The translations under genes were made by a program, and so were the position numbers. The notes beneath the pieces were generated by a model. That model made no database searches. It saw nothing but the letters and a program-made list of their open reading frames with translations, and had not been told where the DNA came from. Below are positions 58,301 to 64,000 of a stretch of 64,000 nucleotides of DNA, piece after piece (position 1 is the stretch's first letter; every line of letters begins with the position of its first letter). Source of the stretch: Akkermansiaceae bacterium (GTDB lineage Bacteria > Verrucomicrobiota > Verrucomicrobiia > Verrucomicrobiales > Akkermansiaceae); the NCBI GenBank assembly GCA_031371445.1, contig JANMJQ010000140.1, positions 18,681 through 82,680 on the forward strand, given 5' to 3'.

Positions 58301-58710
58301 TTCCCCGCAAAGCGATTGATCAACCCTTCCAGCAAGGGCCCGGGCTTCTCGACGGAAATGAAGGGCGCGAGTTCATGCGCCAGATCCGGGTCATATTTGA
58401 ACGGAAACTCCTCGGCCGCGGGCTCCAGGAAAAAGTCGAAGGGATTCTGGACCGACATTTCGACCACCAGATCGACCTCGATATCGAGGCGGTCGGTGGG
58501 CTCCGGCAACATCAGGCGGGCCAGGTAGTTCGCCTGGGGGTCCTGCTGCCAGTTGATGAAATGTTCCATGGGCCCCACCTTGAGGCTGTAGGCGAGCACG
58601 TTGGACCGGCAATGAGGCGCCGGACGCAGCCTGACCACATGCGGCCCATGGCCCACCGGACGTTCGTAGCGATAACTGGTCCGGTGATGAAGGGCGACGT
58701 GAATGGACAT
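55375..58710 (-). CDS. Transglutaminase + DUF2126 amidoligase-like protein
   Basis: MSIHVALHH, GSCRDSAW, DLHAW, LTMGGEPTF, TPDPGVIEVN, GTGGGNH, EAESRR. Confidence 0.93.
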   Translation of the reverse strand: MSIHVALHHRTSYRYERPVGHGPHVVRLRPAPHCRSNVLAYSLKVGPMEHFINWQQDPQANYLARLMLPEPTDRLDIEVDLVVEMSVQNPFDFFLEPAAEEFPFKYDPDLAHELAPFISVEKPGPLLEGLINRFAGKKGRTIDTLVGINSAIQHAVDYRIRMEHGVQSPEQTLSLASGSCRDSAWLLATLFRHLGLASRFVSGYLIQLKPDVKSLDGPVGTNVDFTDLHAWTEVYLPGAGWIGLDPTSGLLAGEGHLPLACSPDPTSAAPVTGAVEACESTMEHEMTVTRIYESPRTTLPYRDAQWDEILKTGRKIDDDLDSMDVRLTMGGEPTFISMDDFEGDEWNNAADGPMKRKLSDQLIKRLRARFAPGGLLFYGQGKWYPGEPLPRWSLGCYWRKDGYPMWENDSLFADETHDYGYDSTHAQRFAVALTGALGADPKWILPAYEDTLYYLWRERRLPENVDPIKNELSNKLERERFARLFENGIERVVGYALPLERRDTPQGQCWTSGPWHVRDNLLYLVPGDSPMGYRLPLDSLPYVKKSEHPWHVPNDPTREVADFPQAPGSLLATQRRNLEAATSRLGREDEPTAAQRSWERKPDKHESAPWITRHALCIEPRNGRLYIFLPPVNDPADFLDLVATIERTAASLGMPVILEGTPPEYDIRMSVVKVTPDPGVIEVNLHPSASWDELVRNTSVLYEEAHLCRLATEKFMVDGRHCGTGGGNHIIIGGETPSDSPMLRRPDLLRSMVTFWNHHPSLTYLFSGLFVGPTSQAPRIDEARNDSIHEMEIAFKTLEGAGTPSPWDVDRAFRNLLIDPTGNTHRAEFCIDKMYSPDSSTGRLGLLEMRNFEMPPHYQMSLAQHLVLRALVASFWREPYTKPLVRWKSEIHDRWMLPHFIWQDFRDVLASLRDQGYWIEDDWFAPHLEFRFPRIGEFSRAGIKVEVRHAIEPWHVLGEAGGPGSTVRYVDSSVERMQIMARGLTGERHAVTCNGVRIPLHSTGTHGEFVAGVRYRAWQPPNCLHPSIPVQTPLVFDLLDTWNERSLGGCTYHAAHPGGRNHDSFPVNSYEAESRRLARFFPHGHSGGKMLPREAPASPDFPFTLDLRMMP

Positions 58711-58770
58711 GGAATTTCAGGTGTCTTAGCATCATCGGTGCCGAGTTGCCACCCAAGTCTTTTTTCCAAC

Positions 58771-58856
58771 GAGAGCCCAGAGCCCAGAGCCCAGAATCCA
58801 GAGATTCCTGCGCCAAATCTTCTCTTGCGTCTTGCGTCTTGTAGTCTTGAGTCTCG
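58771..58856. repeat. GAGCCCA and TCTTGCG heptamer arrays
   Basis: gagccca x3 gaatcca ... tcttgcg tcttgcg tcttgta gtcttga. Confidence 0.7.
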
Positions 58857-58919
58857 TCCCATTCGATTGTTAGGAGGATTTTTCTGGCGACCTCGCGGGG
58901 ATCCCGGCGTGATTGGGGC

Positions 58920-59705
58920 ATGCCGGAGATGGTGTTTGAAATCGAATCCGCCAAGGTCTGGCGGGGCGCGACGCTGGCGCTCAAGGATTTCACGCTGCGG
59001 CTGAAGCGCGGCGAGAGCGTGGCGGTGCTGGGGCCAAATGGGGCGGGCAAGAGCACATTTCTCAAGCTGCTGACGGGTGAGGTCCGTCCGGAAGCCGATG
59101 GCCGCGGCAGTTGCCGGCTGTTTGGTCAGGAGCTGTGGTCGCTTGAGGAAATCCGCCACCGGATCGGCGTGGTGATGCCGGAGGAGGTCGCACGCTTCGA
59201 TCCCTGGGAAATAGCCGGCGACGCGGTGCTGTCGTCACTGCGCGGCGCCTACGGAAGGACCCGCCACATGCGCTTTTCCCGCGCGGAGAAAATCACTGCG
59301 AACGAGGCCATGGCGTTGATGGCGGTGGGCCATCTTGCCAATCGCGAATTCGGCACGCTCTCTTCGGGCGAACGGCGGAGGATTCTGATTGCGAGAGCGC
59401 TCGTGCATCGGCCGGAGGTGCTGGTGCTGGACGAGCCATCCACCGCTCTTGACTTCGCGGCCGCCATCCAGCTCACGGCGACGTTCCGAGATCTGTTAGA
59501 TCATGGCCATGACCTGGTGCTCGTCACCCACCATCCCGGCGAGATCCCTCCGGAAATCGCGCGCGTCGTGTTGTTGCGCGACGGCAGGATCTTCGCCGAC
59601 GGCGATAAAAAATCCGTTCTAACAACAGCAAATCTAACAGAACTCTATCAGGCCAAGCTCCGCGTCAACTGGTCCAATGGTTGGTGCGACGTGAGGCCGG
59701 GGTAG
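58920..59705 (+). CDS. ABC transporter ATP-binding protein (ModF-like)
   Basis: GPNGAGKST, LSSGERRR, LDEP, VTHH. Confidence 0.88.
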   Translation: MPEMVFEIESAKVWRGATLALKDFTLRLKRGESVAVLGPNGAGKSTFLKLLTGEVRPEADGRGSCRLFGQELWSLEEIRHRIGVVMPEEVARFDPWEIAGDAVLSSLRGAYGRTRHMRFSRAEKITANEAMALMAVGHLANREFGTLSSGERRRILIARALVHRPEVLVLDEPSTALDFAAAIQLTATFRDLLDHGHDLVLVTHHPGEIPPEIARVVLLRDGRIFADGDKKSVLTTANLTELYQAKLRVNWSNGWCDVRPG

Positions 59706-59726
59706 GGCTCTGAAGAGTGTTATAAG

Positions 59727-59790
59727 TTATCGGTTAAAAGTTATCAGGGAAGAGTTCTTACCTATTAACCGATAACCATTAACCGATAAT
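59727..59790. repeat. GTTATCR/YGATAAC heptamer hairpin element, copy 3 (inverted)
   Basis: Reverse complement nearly matches the 38193 copy, including the loop GGTAAGAAYTCTTCCCTGATAAC. Confidence 0.85.
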
Positions 59791-59808
59791 CGCCCTGCCC
59801 GGATCCGA

Positions 59809-62800
59809 TCAGCGGCTGCGGCTACGGCGGCGCAGCAGAGCCAGCCCAGCCAGGCCCGTGACCAAAGGCATCCAGGTTTGCGGTTCGGGAACGGCGGTGA
59901 CGGTGACGAAGCTGGAGCCCGTGCCGCCATTCAGACCTGCGGTGCTGTCATCGTAATCGATCGTCCACATTCCGCCGGCATCGGTGAAGGTTGCGCCATC
60001 GAGAAGCGTGTTGGCATCCGCGTCCAGGAAGGTTCCGGACTCCGATTCCGTCGCGTATCCGAAGAGGGTGAACTTGTCACCCATGGTGTAGGTTCCCAAC
60101 TGGACCAGATCCAGAACAGCGCCGCTGGTCAGGGTGAGGGTTCCGGTGACGTTGCCCAGGTCTGCGGTCAAAGCGCCACCCGTGAGCTCATAGGTGAAGG
60201 TCGAGGCCGCCCCAAGGCTCAGATTGCCAGCAAAGTTCACCGTGCCGGGTGAGTTGCCGATTGCAAGGCCGTTGGAAACCGTGAGGTTGCCGTTCACGGT
60301 GCCTGAGCCACTGAGGTTATTGACCGTATAGCCCGCAACAACGGCGCTCACATCGAAGGTTCCAGCCGTGCCAAGCGCGACTCCGCTGGAGTTGCTGATC
60401 GATCCGGCAGCACCGAGAGCCAGAGTTCCGGCGGAGATCGTAGTAAGTCCGGTATAGGTGTTCGTGTTATTCAGAGTGAGCGTGCCTACACCGCTTTTGG
60501 TGAGTCCGCCATCGGTGGCGGGGACACCGGCATGAACCAAAGCGGTTGTGACCGTGACATTAAAGCCGTTGCTATTGATCAGTGCACCTCCGCTAACGTT
60601 GGTGGTGATCCCGTTCACGAAGGTCGCGCTGTTGCCGGTGGCCTTGAGCGTTCCGCCGTTGAAGTTTAAAGTACCGGTGCCGGCGCCTGTCTTAAAGACC
60701 GAACCGGTGGTGATAGTGCCACCATTCAGATTCAGGATACCGGTGCCAGCGCCCGTGGACATGTTGACGCCCAGGAGGTTTGCGTCACCACCGTTCATGT
60801 TATACGTACCGGGTCCTTGCTCGGTAACCCAGAGGTCGCTGACAGTGCTGTTGATGATGCCGCTGTTTTGGTTGAGGATGCCAACGCCTCCGCCGGCGAC
60901 CCCCGTCATCGTGATGTGGGTGCCATTGTCGCCGGTCTTGTTGATCGTTCCACCGTTGAGGTTCAAGGTGCCATTGCCGTTGCTGCGGGCGATACCGATC
61001 CAGCTATTGGTGTTGACGATCCCGCCGGTGTTCACGTTGAGCGTGCCGTTGGCGGTGTTGCTGCCGTTGCCCACCTGGATTTCACCGCTCGTAAGAGTTC
61101 CTCCCTCGACGGTCATCGTGGAGGTCAATCCGGCACCGTCCGCGATTTGGACTGAAACAGCCGGAGTGACTGTCGTGGTGCCGCCGCCGATCTTGAGCGT
61201 TCCGGCGTTCACCCGCATTACGGTGTTGATGTTGTTGACACCTGTGAGATTCCAGGTGCCTGCACCGTTCTTGGTAACCGCCAAGCCACCTGCCCCGTTG
61301 GTGATGTTACCGGAAACTGTTCCGTTCGATGCACCACCCAGAATCAATTCGCGGGTGGTTGTCGCGGCCGTGATCGCGCCCGACAAGGTCAGTGTGCCAC
61401 TGCCATTCGAGATCATCGTGGCAGCTCCACCACCCGTCGTGATACTGATGGCCCCTGCAACCGTGTTGTTGCCGGCATCATTGATAATCGAACCGTTGAC
61501 GTTGCTGGCGCTGAAAGTGATGTTGGACGCAAGGCTGATGTCTGAGCCACCCTGGCTGTCCAGATGAAGGTTGGAATTGCCGGAAGTTCCGGCAGTCAGA
61601 TCGACCGTCTTTGGTCCGGCACCCAGGCTGCTGCTGTTGGTAGCGGTCAGGCCGCCGTTGGTGATGACGATATTGCCGGTGAAGGTGTTTGTGCCGGAGA
61701 GCAGCAAGGTTCCGGAGTTGGAACCGGTCTTGGTGAGGTTGAGCTTGCCGCCACCGGTACCGTCCTGCAGCACACCCGCGTAGGTGTCGGTGCCAGCCAC
61801 CGCATTCGCGACCGTCAAGGTCGAAGCAGTCCCATTGGCGTTTTCAATGACCGGGGTTCCGACCGTGGCATTGGTATTCAGGCTTTTGATGGTAACACTA
61901 TTTCCATTCAATTGGAGAATCCCCGTGCTGCCCGCGCCAAAAGCCACGGCATTGGAAGTGGTGCTATTCAAAGCTCCGGCATTTCCCAAACGTACGGTGC
62001 CACTGTTCAAGGTCACTCCGCCCGTAAAGGTATTGCTGGCATTAAGCTGGGTGACGCCCGCTTGGTTGAAAACAAGCGAGAGGGTTCCGGCACCGTTGCC
62101 AAGGACTCCGCCCAAGGTCACTCCGCCGGCACCGGTTCCATTCAAGGTCAGGGCCGTGGCTCCGGAGGCCGCAGTAACCCCGGTACTGACAACCAGTCCA
62201 TTGGTGGCATGATTATTGGCCCAGTTCTGGTTGCCATTCACGAGCACGCTGCCCGTGCCGTTAATGGTGGCGGAAGAGTTGGACGTTGCCGCCACCGTCA
62301 AACCGTTGGCTCCGATCGTAAGCGCATTGGCGTTGGTGTTTAAGACCGTCGAGGTGATGGTCGTGGCTCCTAAAACGTCAAAGGAAAGGCCGCGGATGCT
62401 ATAGGCTCCATCCAACTGAGTGGTGAGCGTGGTGCCAGAACTCGGCGTGGCATTGCTGGCCGTGAAAACAACGTCCGTGCTCGCTCCCGGAACCTGCAGC
62501 GCGTCAACCGTGCCGGCGGCGGCGGTGGACCAATTGCTCATGGGAGTTCCCAAGGCAGCACCGTAACCCCAGTTGTTGCTCGGATCAGTCGGCGCTCCCG
62601 TGCTGCTCGCCAAGCCGGTCCAGTATTGGTTCCCGGTGACAAAATTATTGGCGGAAATCGTCAGGATTTGCGCGGTGGTGGTGGAGGATGCGAAACTGTA
62701 TTGGTTGAAGCCGGCTGGTTTAACACCAAGCACAAAGCCCGCTCCGCCGGCGTTCAAGCCGCCACCGGCTGCCGAGATGAGCGTGTAGTTGCTGGTTCCG

Positions 62801-64000
62801 GAGACGATTGAGGTCAACGCGTTGATGTTGATGGTCGTGGTGCCGTTGAGGGTCACTGCGCCACCCACATTCAGGGCGTCGTTCGATCCGGAAGTGCCAC
62901 CAAGGTCGAAACTGAGGACCGAACCATTGGCACCGGTGCCAATGGAAAGATTTCCGCCGATTCCCAGGGTGTTGATTGTCGTGTCCTGGAGACTCACCGT
63001 ACCGGTCGTTCCGAGAGTCGCGCCGCCAGCCACCGCCAGAGTGGCACCCGCGCCGCTGCCGATGATTGTGCTGCCCTTGACGATAAAATTGGCACCGCCG
63101 CCGATGCTCGTTGCCGTCTCGCCGAGGGCTCCGAGGTTAGCGCCGCTGTGGTCCAGAGTCAGAGTGCCCGTGGTAACGGTCGTCGCACCATTGTAGGTTT
63201 GGGCGTTGCTGAACACCTGGGTGCCGGCACCCAATTTGGTGACTGTGCCTGCACCGCTGATCACACCGCCATAGGTGCTGGACCCAAAGCGGTTGAAGGT
63301 CAGCGCGGTGTTATCCACCACGCTCAGGCTGTTGGCAATATTCCCGTCGTTGCCAGTCGTGCCGTTGCCGAGTTGCAGGGTACCCGTGTTGATGGTCGTC
63401 GTGCCGACAAAAGTGCTGGCACCGGTCAGAGTCAGGATTCCAGCGCCAGATTTGGTCAGTCCGCCCGCGCCATTGTTGAGTAGAGCCGCAGCAATGCTAA
63501 TATCATTCCCGTTCGTATCGATACGAGCTCCTCCCGCCTGCACGTTGGCGGTGATAGTCCCTGCAAGGAATGTGGCGTTGGCAGTGCGCGCCTGCACGAG
63601 GCCGCCGTTGAAGTTGACGGTCTTGGTACCGGCTCCGGCACCCGCCGTGAAACCATTCAGGGCCAGAGTGCCGCCGATGAGATTAACCGAAGACGCTCCA
63701 CCGCCGCCATCCGCCAGGACAATGTTCGTCGTGGTCACGATTTCTCCGCCACCACCGTTCGCTGCCAAGCTGCCAGTGTTTCCGGTACTACCCAGAATAT
63801 TGAGAACACTGGTTCCAGCTCCCCGCGACATGGAGATGCCGCCATTGGCGTTGAGTGTGCCGCCTGAGATATTGTAAGAACCGGTTCCAACTTCAGAGAT
63901 GATCAGGGAGCTTGAATCGGTGACAATGCCCGCCGTTTGGTTCAGCGAGCCGGTTCCAGCCGTGCCTCCGCCGGAAGCGATCGAAAAGCGACCCGAGGAA
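59809..64000 (-). CDS. Large PEP-CTERM protein with autotransporter-associated beta-strand repeats (5' partial)
   Basis: Many GLTKxGxGxLxLxxxNTxTGxTTIxxGTL repeats; C-terminal VPEP-TM-RRRSR; frame stays open to the window end. Confidence 0.93.
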   Translation of the reverse strand, partial: SSGRFSIASGGGTAGTGSLNQTAGIVTDSSSLIISEVGTGSYNISGGTLNANGGISMSRGAGTSVLNILGSTGNTGSLAANGGGGEIVTTTNIVLADGGGGASSVNLIGGTLALNGFTAGAGAGTKTVNFNGGLVQARTANATFLAGTITANVQAGGARIDTNGNDISIAAALLNNGAGGLTKSGAGILTLTGASTFVGTTTINTGTLQLGNGTTGNDGNIANSLSVVDNTALTFNRFGSSTYGGVISGAGTVTKLGAGTQVFSNAQTYNGATTVTTGTLTLDHSGANLGALGETATSIGGGANFIVKGSTIIGSGAGATLAVAGGATLGTTGTVSLQDTTINTLGIGGNLSIGTGANGSVLSFDLGGTSGSNDALNVGGAVTLNGTTTININALTSIVSGTSNYTLISAAGGGLNAGGAGFVLGVKPAGFNQYSFASSTTTAQILTISANNFVTGNQYWTGLASSTGAPTDPSNNWGYGAALGTPMSNWSTAAAGTVDALQVPGASTDVVFTASNATPSSGTTLTTQLDGAYSIRGLSFDVLGATTITSTVLNTNANALTIGANGLTVAATSNSSATINGTGSVLVNGNQNWANNHATNGLVVSTGVTAASGATALTLNGTGAGGVTLGGVLGNGAGTLSLVFNQAGVTQLNASNTFTGGVTLNSGTVRLGNAGALNSTTSNAVAFGAGSTGILQLNGNSVTIKSLNTNATVGTPVIENANGTASTLTVANAVAGTDTYAGVLQDGTGGGKLNLTKTGSNSGTLLLSGTNTFTGNIVITNGGLTATNSSSLGAGPKTVDLTAGTSGNSNLHLDSQGGSDISLASNITFSASNVNGSIINDAGNNTVAGAISITTGGGAATMISNGSGTLTLSGAITAATTTRELILGGASNGTVSGNITNGAGGLAVTKNGAGTWNLTGVNNINTVMRVNAGTLKIGGGTTTVTPAVSVQIADGAGLTSTMTVEGGTLTSGEIQVGNGSNTANGTLNVNTGGIVNTNSWIGIARSNGNGTLNLNGGTINKTGDNGTHITMTGVAGGGVGILNQNSGIINSTVSDLWVTEQGPGTYNMNGGDANLLGVNMSTGAGTGILNLNGGTITTGSVFKTGAGTGTLNFNGGTLKATGNSATFVNGITTNVSGGALINSNGFNVTVTTALVHAGVPATDGGLTKSGVGTLTLNNTNTYTGLTTISAGTLALGAAGSISNSSGVALGTAGTFDVSAVVAGYTVNNLSGSGTVNGNLTVSNGLAIGNSPGTVNFAGNLSLGAASTFTYELTGGALTADLGNVTGTLTLTSGAVLDLVQLGTYTMGDKFTLFGYATESESGTFLDADANTLLDGATFTDAGGMWTIDYDDSTAGLNGGTGSSFVTVTAVPEPQTWMPLVTGLAGLALLRRRSRSR

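Noticed and set aside
961-59640. TCTAACAG as Chi or KOPS
   Set aside because: The 15:15 strand split shows no polarity within the window.

Overview
This is a GC-rich bacterial chromosome segment, most likely Verrucomicrobiota (Luteolibacter-like). That placement is inferred from the PEP-CTERM, autotransporter-repeat and choice-of-anchor D proteins and from TGTTC-N4-GAACA LexA boxes. Most of the window is housekeeping and envelope genes: yidC end, mnmA, yicC, mrdA, deaD, a Gld-like ABC operon, msrB, sdhB, aspS, hisS, radC, two pilT, pdp and a transglutaminase/cp-ATP-grasp operon, plus two TA modules. Four observations stand out. (1) A 6.4-kb element is integrated at tRNA-Gln(TTG) between 26-bp direct repeats and carries an HUH rolling-circle Rep, a C-R/M restriction system, xis and int. 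Its att core lies inside the integrase gene, so excision should rebuild a 488-aa integrase whose stop codon overlaps the rep start (ATGA), a candidate excision-activated replication switch. (2) The AT-rich non-palindromic 8-mer TCTAACAG occurs about 30 times (15 per strand), mostly inside genes where it forces rare codons, like an uptake-sequence or HIP-type signal. (3) A GxxExxY nuclease gene bounded by 44-bp inverted repeats sits between hisS and aspS, with gene-less relatives of the repeat elsewhere. (4) Many 7/8-bp tandem-repeat hairpins and REP-like doublets fill the intergenic spaces. All coordinates and counts were read by eye and no searches were run.
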